Assembly: GCF_009914755.1 (NCBI RefSeq)
Contig: NC_060930.1
Reading direction: 5' to 3' (one strand)
Length of the DNA: 64,000 bases
DNA from: the human T2T-CHM13v2.0 reference genome, Homo sapiens
The first letter of the stretch is position 1, and every line of letters starts with the position of its first letter. Position numbers and translations under genes: made by a program. This document shows positions 19,057-31,172 of this stretch, one piece after another. The notes beneath the pieces are model-generated. The model made no database searches, was not told the origin of the DNA, and saw nothing but the letters and a program-made list of their open reading frames with translations.

Positions 19057-21400
19057 TAACATGGTGTGTCCTCACCCAAATTTCATCTTGAATTGTAGTT
19101 TCCATTATCCCCATGTGTCTTGGGAGGGACCCAGTGAGAGGTAAATGGATCATGGGGGCGGTTATCCTCATGCTGTTCTCCTGATAGTGAGTGAGTTCTC
19201 AAGAGAGCTGACGGTTTTATAAGGGGCTTTTCCTCCTTTGCCTTGCACGTCTCTCTCTCCTGCCACCTAGTGAAGAAGGACCTGTTTACTTCCCCTTCTG
19301 CAGTAATTCTAAGTTTCCTGAGGATTCCCCATCCCTGCAGAACTATAACTTAATTGAATCTCTTTCGTTTGTAAATTGCCCAGTCTCGGGTCTTTCTTCA
19401 TAGCAGCATGAGAAGGGACTGATAAATTGCTACTGGGTAGTGGGGCAGTGCTGTAAAGATACCCAAAAATGTGAAAGTGACTTTGGAACTGGATAGCAGG
19501 CATAGGTTGGAATAGTTTTGAGGGCTCAGAAGAAGACAGGAAAATGTGGGAAAGTTTGGAACTTCCTAGAGACTCAGAGGGCTCAGAAGAAGGCAGAAAG
19601 ATGTGAAAAAGTCTGGAACTTCCTAGAGACTAGTTGAATGGCTTTAAAAAATATTCTGATAGTGATATGGACAATGAAGTCCAGGCTGACCTGGTCTCAG
19701 ATGAAGATGAGGTTCTTTTTGGGAACTAGAGTAAACGTCACTCTTGTTATACTTTAGCAAAGAGACTGACAGCTTTTTACTCCTGTTCTAGAGATCTGTG
19801 AATCTTTGAACTTGAGAGAGATTATTTAAGGTATCTGGTTGAAGAATTTCTAAGCAGCAAAATATTCAAGAGGTGGCAGAGCATAAAAATTTGGAAAATG
19901 TGCAGCCTGATGATGCAGTAGAAAAGAGAAACTTACTTTCTGGGGAAAAAATTAGGCTAACTACAGAAATTTGCATAAGTAACAAAGAACCAAATGTTAA
20001 TTTGCAAAGACAATGGGGGAAAATGTTTCCCTAGGGCATGTCAGAGAACTTTGAAGCAGTCCCTCCCATCACAGGCCCTGAGGCCTAGGAGAGACAAATG
20101 GTTTACTGGGCTGGGCCCAGGCCCCCCTGCTGTGTGCAGTCTCTGACTTGGTGTCCTGCATCCCAGCCTCTCCAGCAATGGGTAAAAGGGGACAAAGTAC
20201 AGCTCAGGCTGTGGCTTCAGAGGGTGCAAGCCTCATCCCTGGCAGCTTCCACATGGTGTTGGGCTGGAGGGTGCACAGAAGACAAGAATTGAGGTTTGGG
20301 GACCTCTGCCTAGATTTCAGAGGATGTATGGAAATGCCTGGATGTCCAGGCAGAAGTTTGCTGCAGGGGCAGATCCCTCTGCAGACCCTCTATTAGGGCA
20401 ATGAAGAGGGGAAATGTGGGGTTGGAGCCCCCACACAGAGTCCCTACTGGAGCACTGCCTAATGAAGCTGTAAGAAGAAGGCCACCATTCTCTAGACCCC
20501 AGAATGGTAGATCCACTGACAACTTGTACCACATATCTAGAAAAGCTGCAGACACTCACTGCCAGCCTGTGAAAGCAGCTGGGAGTGGGGGCTGTACCCT
20601 GCAAAGCCACAGAAGCAGGGCTGCCCAAGGCCTTGGGAGCCCACCTCTTGCATCAGCATGACTTGGATATGAGACCTGGAGTCAAAAGAAGTCATTTTGG
20701 AACTTTAGGGTTTAATGAATGCCCTATTGAACTTTGCACTCTCATGGGGCCTATAGCCCTTTTGTTTTGACCAATTTCTCTCATTTGGAATGGCGGTATT
20801 TATCCAATTCCTGTACCCCCATTGTATGTAGGAAGTAACTAACTTGCTTTTGATTTTACAGGCTAATATGCAGAAGGGACTTGCCTTGTCTCAGATGAGA
20901 CTTTGGACTTGCACTTTCGGGTTAATGCTAGAATGAGCTAAGGCTTTGGGGGACTGTTGGAAAGTCATTATTGTGCTTTGAAATGTGAGGATATGAGATT
21001 TGGGAAGGGCCAGGGTTTGAAATGATATGGTTTGGCTGTGTCCTCACCCAAATCTCATCTTGAATTGTAGTTCTCATAATCCACTTGTCTCTTGTGAGGA
21101 ACTCAGTGGGAGGTAATTGAATCATGGCGACAATTACCCCCCTATAGTTCTCGTGATGGTGAGTGAGTTCTCATGAGATCTGATGACTTTATAAGGGGCT
21201 TTTTCCCTGCTTTGCTCAGCACTTCTCTCTCTACTGCCGCCTTGTGAAAAAGGACATGTTTGCTTCCCCTTCCACAATGACTGTAAGTTCCCTGAGGCCT
21301 CCCTAGCACTGCAGAACTGTGAGTCAATTAAACTTCTTTCCTTTATAAAGTACCCAGTCTTGGGTATTTCTACATAGGAGCATGAGAACAGACTAATACA
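19057..21400 (+). mobile_element. Complete THE1D MaLR element: 5' LTR ~19057-19424, internal ~19425-21022, 3' LTR 21023-21400
   Basis: Two homologous ~370-bp LTRs (3' LTR runs 'tgatatggtttggctgtgtcc...gactaataca') around a ~1.6-kb THE1 internal region. Flanks CATAG and TGTAG. Confidence 0.95.
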
Positions 21401-22260
21401 TGTAGTATATTTTTCAAATTATCACAGGAAGTTCATCTGGCTAGAAGTCTTTATGCCATTGGTTCTCATTTTTATCTCAAATTATGTGTAAAGAAAATCT
21501 ACCTTTTCTCCTATGAAAATTGCTTATCATTGTTATTGTGATGTAAGTTACATCTTTAGAGCATAAAATTGTACTGATTGGCTCTGGAACTGTAGAACAT
21601 AGAAGGAGAAGGAAGGGAGAAAAAAGCAACAAAGCTAAGAAGGATAGAGAAAGAAAAAAAGAGAAGCTGATTTCTCTGAAGAGCCAAAACCCAGAGAACA
21701 TAATTTTTTGATGAAGAACAAATTTAAAATAATAACTCTTGCAAAAATGTCTAGAACTGTGATTGACACATTTTGTCATCTGCAGTTAATACTAAAATAT
21801 TTGTTACCTCCTCTTCTTCTAGTAAAGATGGAACAAGGTTGGTGAGTGCTGCACATGAAGGTTAGTGAATGGCAAAGTGTGAGACCCAACTCTGTCTACT
21901 TTCCAGTTAGTTTTTCACTATGTATGTGTAGAAAAATATTTTTCCTAGAATGCAAATGTAGAATCCTCAAAACACATAAATATGTTTCTGGCTACAACCA
22001 TTCACAACATCCTCAAGCAAGTATCACAGCAAAAATAGAAAATTTTGTGATAAATTTCCTAAAGAGAAAACTAATTAATTTAGTTGACATCAGAGTTTAC
22101 AGCTTTGTAGAAAAGAGATTGCCTGAGTTATGTGCCTTTGTGCTTAAATTGATACTAGAAGTAACTAATTGTTAGTAGTATAGGCTATCATTTCACACAC
22201 AAACTCACACATATTATCCCACACATAAAAGGAGGTTCGCCTACAGACCCACAAAAAGGA

Positions 22261-22660
22261 TGTGGCAATTCTATTTTCCTAAAGTGTTCAAGGAAATATT
22301 TCTGGACCCACATATTCCTCCAGAACCTTGCCATCAACAGATGGAATGTACGTTCCCTTCCCTTTCTCCTGTGCAGGACTTTGTGGCTATCTTGACAAAA
22401 AGAATGATGCAAAAGAGATGTTATGTAAGTGAGACCAAGTCTTAAAGTCTCATGGCAATTGCCTAACTCTCTCTCTCTCTCATGTGTGCCTTCCTATGAT
22501 TTTATCCTCTGACTTTGCATCTTCCAGTGAAACTCCAGGTCTCCTGGAGCAGAGAAAACCCACCCCTGCTGTAATTCATCCAAATTTCTGACACACAGAA
22601 TTCATGATCATAATAAATGTTTGTTTTACACCACTAAGTTTAGGAGTAATTTGTTTTATA
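22261..22660 (+). mobile_element. Old MaLR LTR (MLT1G/H-like)
   Basis: 'ccaaatttctgacacacagaattcatgatcataataaatgtttgttttacaccactaagtttaggagtaatttgtt' is a typical MLT1 3' end. Confidence 0.7.
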
Positions 22661-24169
22661 ATTAGTTCCTCATACGAGAGGCAATGGAGTTGTGGCTTCT
22701 ATATAGTTGATTTATGTGCCTAAAAAGCCTAGATAAGAAGAGCTGGGATTTTTTCACGTTGGAAAATGCAGTCTCTGAAAGGAACGACAATAATCTAAAT
22801 GGTCACAGTTACTGGCTTTATGGTTGAACTAAGAAATAACTAAGAAATCATTGAGCCTAAAATCTTCCCAGTACATGTGTTTATCTAGACTCCAAGGAAT
22901 GCAAGAGCTGAGAAATGTGCTCTGGTTGATGTTCAAAAATTGATTTTTGCTGGAATTCCTATAAAATTCAAACAAAACCTAGTTATATGATGGAAGGGTT
23001 TATTCAAAGCTGGGAAACTTTTTAGCCAACTTCCACGCCCCCAAACACAGCCCCTTAATACCTTGCATAATTGATGACTTATAAGAATATGCATTACATT
23101 TTCTAAGAAAATACTTGTTTTACTGTGCCTTTGACTCCAGATGTCTAATCCTTTGGTATTCCTCTGTAACATAATAAACTTACTCATTTTTTAAAGACTA
23201 ACTAAAATCTCACAAGGTTAAGGAAGTGGGCAAAAATGACAGTTACCATTCCAAGTATGTTAGAATCTTTATCTCGGGCTCATAAAATCTGGGAAAATTT
23301 TCTATTCTTCAGGTGTTCAATGATTGGAAAGATCACCTGAACACATGGGGAAGACCATTGCCCTTTAATTTAACAGGAAATCATTGCTGCACTATTGTTT
23401 CTGGTCTAATGAATTCACTTTATAAAATCCCATATGTAGATCTCACTCTTCAATGCATAACCCATTAAATAACATTTCTCAGAATCCTTTTATTTTATTC
23501 TATTAAAAAATTTATCCTAGCTAAAGTATTCTTTATTAACTTAGTAGCATAAAAAGTATCTTATTATTTTCTTCTAATAGTTAGAGTAAAAAATAACCAA
23601 CTAGAGTGTTTCAGGGTGAGGAAACAAAACAAATAGTGATGGTGATGAGATAAATAGGAAATTCCAAAGAGAGAATTGATTTGAATTAAAAAAGCTTGTG
23701 ACTTAGATTTACACATTTTATGGTTGATGTTTATCTAGAATTATCTAGAAGAAACAGATAGGAAACTGAAATCAAGGAGAGTTCAAGGACTGAACCGTTG
23801 TTTTGAATTTTTCTCTGTAGAAATCATGGCTGAAAATCACTAAAATGAGTTAGCTCTCCTCGGGAGAGTGTAGGCAATAAGAATATAATTTGCCTATGTA
23901 TTAACTAGGATGTATTTCCAACTGTCTTCAATTTATTTAAATGTTTTATTATTATTTAATTCCAAGTGTGGTTTTGTCTATTTATATGTATTAATCTGCT
24001 ACTACTATTCAAATTATCCTGAAGTTTCAGACCTCAGAAAAATGAGTTATTCATTACAAAACATTTGTTACAAGACCAAATCCACTAAGAAGGTAAGAAA
24101 ATTTTTATAAGCACTTGACTTTTTTATTATTTTGAACTCCTGCTAAAATGCCTCAAATTAAAAATAGGT

Positions 24170-24375
24170 ATTCTGTATATTGGACACATACTCTGCCCAA
24201 GGCACTGTCCTAATCACTGGGAATACAGTGCAGAATTAAACATATATAAACTTCTGCCTTCACAAAACTCATATTTTATTGCAGATGGAGAGGGATGGAG
24301 ACACAGAATAAACACAAAACTACTATAAATATATTACATGTCCAATGTTGTTATATGCTATGGAAAAAAAAGAGA
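24170..24375 (-). mobile_element. L2 fragment
   Basis: 'caaggcactgtcctaatcactgggaatacagtg...cttctgccttcacaaaactcatatt'. Confidence 0.55.
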
Positions 24376-24744
24376 GAATTTCCCAGAATAACTGAGCATT
24401 TGTCTGTGCTTTCTGGATTATCTACAGCTTTGGATAATTTGTATCATTCAAAATTTCCACTGATGCAAGTAATGAGAAGATTTTAGACATATACTTCCCA
24501 AAAAATGGAGCAATACATTGGGGTGCATGTAACTCAGGGATTTACAACTTTTCAGCATCTGTCTACCTCTATACTGCAGGAGTGTGAAAGAAGAAGGGAG
24601 CATAGTGGGAAAAAAACAAAGGGCACTAGACAATGGGGAACATCTTCCAATCAGAACTATCTCCCTCATGTAGCCCACCAACCAGAAATTCACTGTGGAT
24701 TAAGTACATCTTTTCAAATGCAAATAACCCTTGACAAGATTAAA

Positions 24745-24830
24745 CACTGCCTTTGGAGTCAAATATGCCTGGGCTTGAATCCTGGCTCTGCCATAATTTA
24801 CTACTCATGTGACCTTGGGGAAGTAGCTAT
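24745..24830 (+). mobile_element. MIR fragment
   Basis: 'ctttggagtcaaatatgcctgggcttgaatcctggctctgcca...tgtgaccttgggg'. Confidence 0.75.
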
Positions 24831-25149
24831 TATCTATCAATTGATTTTTACAGAGACTTGCTCACTTCGATATAATGAAAAATACCTACTGGTGTTGATT
24901 AACTGCAAATAGAATTTCTCTCTCTAAACTACACACTATTTTAAAAATACTAATACCATTTTCTCCTCCTGCTCCTTTCTCTCTCTTTCTCTGTGACAAT
25001 TACACACGGATACACATACAGAGCAGTCCTTTCTGAGACGATTACATCACTTTATTCACTTTATTTTGAGATAGAAATCTTTCATTCATAATTTCATCTC
25101 ATCAGCTATAATTTATTGATCATCTACCACATGGCAGTCAGTATCATGC

Positions 25150-25535
25150 ACTCTTAGTATATACCAGCATACAAAACAGGAAGTGGTTCCTGCGTTCATG
25201 GAGCTTGGGATGAAGATGATAAATAAGATACATAATAGATACTTCAACTATAGAAAATTTGAGGGTAATAAACACTTTGAAAATAGAATAAGTGGGATAC
25301 AGCATGCAGGGCAGTGTTAATTGTAAATGAGTTGTTTGTGAAAGGTCTCCTTGAGAAAGTGACATTTGAGTACAGATTTAAAGAAGGCAAAGAAATAAAT
25401 CAAATATCTAACTGCAGGAAAAGCATTCTAGGGAGAACAAACAGGAAATCCAAAGGGCTCCAGTGGGTGCACCCTGGCATGCACAAAGAACAGTCAAGAA
25501 GTCAGTGTAGGCACAGAAGAGGCAGAAAGATGGAG
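25150..25535 (-). mobile_element. L2 fragment; resumes at ~26763-26800 after MER45
   Basis: 'gaaaggtctccttgagaaagtgacatttgagtacagatt...aaagcattctagggaga', continuing as 'ggagggccagattatttaggacctta'. Confidence 0.7.
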
Positions 25536-25647
25536 AGAATAATAGGTTCATGGGTGTGCAACTAGTATAGTCACATGGGCCCCTGTACCCAGAAGGGCTC
25601 TGAGCTTGGAATTGATTATTCTGTGGCCATATTTTCAAAATTAATTT

Positions 25648-25954
<307 letters not shown>

Positions 25955-26690
25955 CTAAATTAATAATATTTTTTTTTCAGAATCTTTGAATTTGTGTAAG
26001 TGTACTCTCATGAGACAAGCATTTGAGGCAGCTTGAGGTTTAGGATATGTGCGATCCTTCCAGGGCCTCCCTGACTTCTCTGCCTGTCCCCCACCCACTG
26101 GGGGCCTGGCTGGGTGCCTGTATAGAGGTGTAGGAAGGGCCAGGGTTAGGCATGCATGATCCAAGATGTCTCAAGGTGGAATATAGCTGTGGTCATCCCT
26201 CTCAAGACTGAATTTCATAGGTGACTTGGTGGGGGAAATCTCTCACCCTTCCCAGATCCAGATATCTATGGCATCCTGATACAGAGTTGGCAATACACTT
26301 AGCATTTGCTCATCTGCTGTGGGTAGGGGTTGCTGGTGTGTGGGAAGGGGAGATACCTGGCTGGACTTCCTTGTTCCCAGCTAGTGTATAGCCTCTGGGT
26401 CCTGCAGCTTGTGGGGAGGGGAGAAGGCTATCTCAAGAGCCAGTGAGCACTGCAGCCCATGTGTGCACAGAGTAATGGGGCACGCCCCAGGTCCCTGCGA
26501 AGTCCTTCTCTTGGAACACTCATGATAGCTACGGGAGCACCAGATTAAATAGCAATTTAAAAACAGCATGACTAGTTGAAAGAGACTATGAAAGAAGGGA
26601 AAAACAACTATATTTTGTACGTTTGAGCGGTGGTAGAAAAGCAGGAAAAGGGGCCCTGCATTTTCGTTTTGCGCTAAGCTCCACAAATTA

Positions 26691-26746
26691 ATAGGTTGGT
26701 GCAAAAGTAATCATGGTTTTTGCCATTACTTTTGCACCAACCTTAA
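26691..26746. mobile_element. MADE1 (Hsmar1-derived MITE), internally deleted, TA TSD
   Basis: Perfect 19-bp inverted repeats aggttggtgcaaaagtaat / attacttttgcaccaacct. TA at 26689-26690 and 26747-26748. Confidence 0.9.
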
Positions 26747-26934
26747 TAGGTAGCCAATTCTGCACAGAGGTAAGGGAGGGCCAGATTATTTAGGACCTTA
26801 TATTCAGAGGTCATTCCGACATAGGTGAGAAGATAACAGCTCAGAAGAGGTAAGGAGGGAGCTGATGAGAATTTGAGAAATTGATGAATTCAGGATAGAG
26901 GCAATTTGAGGTGGGATTAAGGCAATATGCTGAT

Positions 26935-27295
26935 GGATTGAGTTATTCTATGGTTTACATTGGTATATATAATTTCTAAAATGCAATGAGCTGTAGGCTC
27001 ATGATCTATTTATATTACCACATGAAAATTATGCCTCAATAAAAATAAAAATAAAAACAAAAGCATCGTGTAGAACAGTTTTATGGTATGCCCCCATGTG
27101 TGAAGAAAATAAAGGATGGACGTGCTTTCTCCTTTAGATAAATGTACCTAAATAATAATTTCTGGAAGAATACACAAAATGTAATATAGTGATGTTAATC
27201 TGTTCAGTGGCTGGGTCAGAAAATGAACCGAAAAAGAGAATTATTCTCTAAAGGTATTTTTAGAACTTCTAAATTTTTTAACAATGTAAAATACT
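26935..27295 (+). mobile_element. Old L1ME 3'-end fragments
   Basis: 'aaattatgcctcaataaaaataaaaataaaaac' terminus, followed by an L1ME-like tract. Confidence 0.45.
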
Positions 27296-27301
27296 GCCTA
27301 A

Positions 27302-27715
27302 TGCTATAGGTCGGATGTTTGTCCCCCCAAACCTCATGTTAAAATTTGATTTCAAATGTCGGAGGTGGGGCCTAATGGGAAGTGTTTGGTCATGGAGATA
27401 GAGCCCTTATGAGTGGCTTGATGCCATCCTCACAGCAATGAGTGAGTTTGTACTCTGTTAGTTCCCGTGAGAGCTGATTGTTTAAAAGAGGCTGGCACTT
27501 CCTTCCTCCCTTGCTTTCTTTCTTACTATGTGATCTCTGTACACTCTGGCTCCCCTTTCCCTGCTGCCAAGAGTAGAAGCTGCCTGAGGCCCTCACCAGA
27601 TGCCCAATCTTGAGTTCTTCCAGACATCAAAATCTTCAGTCAAATAAACCATTTTTCTTCATAAGCTACCCAGTTTTAGGTATTTCTTTATAGCAATAAA
27701 ATAGGGACCAAGACG
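27302..27715 (+). mobile_element. MaLR solo LTR (MSTB/MSTB1-like)
   Basis: 'tgctataggtcggatgtttgtccccccaaacctcatgtt...gaccaagacg'. TSD CCTAA (27297-27301) / TCTAA (27716-27720). Confidence 0.9.
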
Positions 27716-28526
27716 TCTAATAAACTGCTAAATATATTTTAAAGTTAATTTATGTGTTTTGTGCAGATTTCAAGTTTACATCATCTAGTGAAAGAAAATA
27801 AAATATTTTTAAGCAATTTCAATAGCAAAAAAACAAACAAAAAAATGTCTGTTCTGGACTAGCACAAGGTATTAGCAGTAAGGTTCTCTGGTGTTGTGAA
27901 CCCAGGAAATTCATAATATCTTTCTTCTTAAATGTCACTTTTGAAAAAAGAGGCAATGAAGCTTTAATCAAGTATAAGCCAGGAGAATCAGAAAGTCCCA
28001 TTCTGTCTTTGGCAAAATTCGAAGAGAACCATAAAGGAGTAATTTTCCAAGAATAATAGCAAATGGAAATAAATAAGTATAATAGGGACCACTCACCACC
28101 CAAGGAAGAAAAATATTTGGCTTATGTTAACAAAAGCAAGTAGCAAGTGCTGGGGTACAGAATAACAGCACCATCTGTTCTGCCAGGAACAGACACCTTG
28201 TCTGTCACTTGGGCTAACTACAGTCATCTCTCTATTGCTCTTCCCACATTTACACTTGCTGAGGCTGAACTATTCACCACCACACCACAAGGAACATTTT
28301 AAAACTATAAAGCAGATCATTTCACTGTCTTGCCTAAATCCCTTCCAAAGTGTCAACATGGTCAACAGGGATCTGGCCCATGTCTGTCTCTACATCTCCA
28401 CCTTTGTCACGTCTTTAGCACCACCTAGGCACATTGGCCTTGGTCATCTTTTTCTTGCCTCAGAGTCTTTGCATACAGCGTTCTTTCTATATCTAGTTCT
28501 CTTCTTTCTATAATGCTTTCCCTGGC

Positions 28527-28872
28527 TGTATTTGTTTATTTGGGCTGCTATTACAAAAATATCACAGACTGAATGGCTTATAAAGAACAGAAATTTATTT
28601 TTCACAGTTCTGGAAGCTGAAGTCCAAGATCAAAACACTGGCAGATTTGGTGTCTGGTGGGGGCCTGCTTCCTGGTCATAGACTACTGTCTTCCTGCTGT
28701 GTTCTCACACGGTAGACATGGCAAAAGGGATCTCTGGGCTAATCTCATTCATGAGGGCTCCACCCTCATGACCTAATCACCCCCCAAAGACCCACCTCCT
28801 AACATTATCACCTCGGAAGTTAGGATTTCAACCTATGGATTTTGAGAGGACACAAATATTCAGTCCATAGCA
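28527..28872 (-). mobile_element. MLT1A0-like MaLR LTR
   Basis: 'gggctgctattacaaaaatatcacagactgaatggcttata...cacagttctggaagct...ggacacaaatattcagtccatagca'. Confidence 0.9.
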
Positions 28873-28962
28873 CTTGTTAAATCCCAGTCACACCTCAAGC
28901 CTCAAGAAATATCATTTTCTCAGAGAGGCCTTCCACGATATTCTGATCTAGCCTAGTAGCCT

Positions 28963-29246
28963 TTTATTTTTTATTTTTATTTTTTTAAGAGATAGAGTCT
29001 CACTCTGTCACCTAGGCTGGGGTATAGTGGTACAGTCATAGCTCACTGCAGCCTCAAACTCCTGGGCTCAAGCAATACTCTCACCTCAGCCTTCCAAGTA
29101 GCTAGGACTACAGGCACAAACTACTATGTCTGGCTGATTTTTATTTTCTGTATAGATTGGGTCTCACTATGTTGTTCAGGCTGGTCTTGAACTCCTGGCA
29201 TTCAGCAATCCTCCTGCCTCTGTCTCCCAAAGAGCTGGGATTATAC
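28963..29246 (-). mobile_element. AluJ, slightly 5'-truncated
   Basis: J diagnostics (cagcctcaaactcctgggctcaag). TSD ctagtagcct / ctagtggcct. Confidence 0.92.
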
Positions 29247-29534
29247 AGACTCTAGTGGCCTATTATATTCTCTCCTCACAGCCTTTACTTTTACAAAATG
29301 ATACTTATCATAATTTATAATTTTGTAATTATTTATTTAGCTTCTGTCCCCCTGAGGGTACTGTTGACACTACCATTATAGGACCTATGTCTGTTTTATT
29401 CAGCACTGTTTTTCCAACATCCAGCTCAGTGTCTGATACAGAGAAGCTCAATTAATAGTTGTTAAATTACTTATAACACAGCATCAGCCTCACCTCTTTC
29501 CTTTCTAAAGTTCCTTTATTGCGATGAGCGTTGT

Positions 29535-30138
29535 TAACTGTCAGCCAACTATAACAGCCACATAAGTACTTTTTTTTTGAGACAGGGTCTTGCTCTATTG
29601 CCCAGGCTGGAGTGCAGTGGTGTCATCATGGCTTACTGCAACTTCGAACTCCCAGGGCTAAAGCTATCCTCCTGCCTCAGCCTCCAGAGTAGCTGGGACT
29701 AGAGGGATGAACCACCATGCCCAGGTAATTTTTTAATTTTTAGTAAAGGTCGGGTCTCACTATCTTTCCCTGCTCAGCTGGTCTGGAACTCCTGGGTTCA
29801 AGTGATCTTCCCACCTCAGCCTCCCAAAGTGCTGGGATTAAAGAAGTAAACTACCACACTCAGCCACACATAGGTAATTTAAAATATTTCCATAGTCACA
29901 ATTAAAAACACATATAAATAGGTAAAATTAATAACATTTTATTTAACCCAATATATTAAAATATTTCCACTTTAAAAAGAGATTAATACAGCAATTATTA
30001 ATGAGATAATTCATGTCTTATTTTCATACAAAGTCTCTGAAATTCTGTGCATTCTTTACACTTACAAAACACCTCCATTTGAACTAGGCACATTTTAAGT
30101 GCCTGTGTAGTTAGTGGGTACCACATTGGACAGAGCAA
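29535..30138. mobile_element. MER33 (hAT-Charlie) interrupted by AluJ
   Basis: 'ttttatttaacccaatatattaaaatatt...ttattaatgagata...tttacacttacaaaacacctc...cattggacagagca'. Confidence 0.8.
29570..29865 (-). mobile_element. AluJ
   Basis: Full dimer. Imperfect TSD cacataagtacttt / cacataggtaattt. Confidence 0.92.
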
Positions 30139-30975
30139 TAGCTAGAATCTTTGGGATAAAGACATTTGTCTCATATCTGCCTAGGGCCATTGATTTGAGA
30201 GCTCATTTTCTGATCACATGCCCCTCCCTACTGTTTCTACCTCCCATGAACTGCCTCTCATTTCATGCTGATCACTAAATAGATGTTAGTCCTTAACAGG
30301 ATGAAGCCACCCTCCCTCTGGGGCCTCAGGTTCCAGATGTAAGCAAGGTAATTTTATTTTTCCCTGTCTTTTCTACAGGCCACTATGTAAGTCTATGTAT
30401 ACATATCCTTTAATGAAAAGGGAGAGAATGACAATCAGGAGGCTGCGACTAGTTTGTTCAAAGTTCGAGTTGATAAGTTACTCATACAAAAGGATAAGCT
30501 TAATATTCCCTAAGACTGCTGCCTATTCCCATCTCAGCCCTTAAAATGTAATAGAAAAACACAGGCAAAAATAGCAAACTCTTCAAAAAGACCCTCCATG
30601 AATGCTTAAAACAGATCTTGACTCCACTTTCCTGACCCTGGACCCACTCTTGTCTCTGAGAATATTTCCCTCTCTAAGTCCACAAGGTACATCTCCACTG
30701 TTCTTTAGGAAAATTACACCCTCATACCTGGGCTTTAAATCAATAGTTCTCAAGGCAGAAAATAACACCCATTAAAGTATGTTTTGGAAATTCGTAGAAG
30801 CATTTTGGGTTGTTACATTACTGCCATATAGGGGCAAAAGCTGAGGATGCTAGAATTCCTGCAATGTATATTTGGAAAAGAATTGCCCTGATTTAGCAGA
30901 TTTTCGAATGACTGACTGAAGATTCATGTAGGCATGTAGATGAAGAACAATGTGTACATAGAAAGAAGTGACATT

Positions 30976-31172
30976 AAAAAAAAAAATTTGAGACATGGTC
31001 TCACTCTGTCATCCAGGCTGGAGTGCAGTGGCACCATCACAGCTCACTGCAGCCTCAACCTCGTGGGCATAAGTTATCTCAGTCCCCTGGGACTAGAAGC
31101 ACAGGTCACCACAACTGGGTGATTTTTTTTTTTTTTTTGATAGAGAAGTAGTCTTACTATGTTACCCAGGCT
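30976..31172 (-). mobile_element. 5'-truncated AluJ with perfect 13-bp TSD
   Basis: TSD aagaagtgacatt at 30963-30975 and 31173-31185. Confidence 0.9.

Larger units (their letters stand above)
28200..29470 (+). mobile_element. L2 3' region interrupted by MLT1A0 and AluJ
   Basis: 'aaactataaagcagatcatttcactgtcttgcctaaatcccttcc' and 3' end 'ctcagtgtctgatacagagaagctcaattaatagttgtt'. Confidence 0.7.

Noticed and set aside
19520-19631. ~57-bp tandem duplication in the THE1 internal region
   Set aside because: Real, but as I recall it is common to THE1-int copies and not specific to this locus.
20041-20770. Cluster of overlapping ORFs on both strands
   Set aside because: GC-richer THE1 internal sequence; no long intact MaLR ORF and no recognisable domain.
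24505-24912. 135-aa ATG-initiated ORF in mostly unique DNA
   Set aside because: No recognisable domain, runs into a MIR, and has no promoter or splice support.
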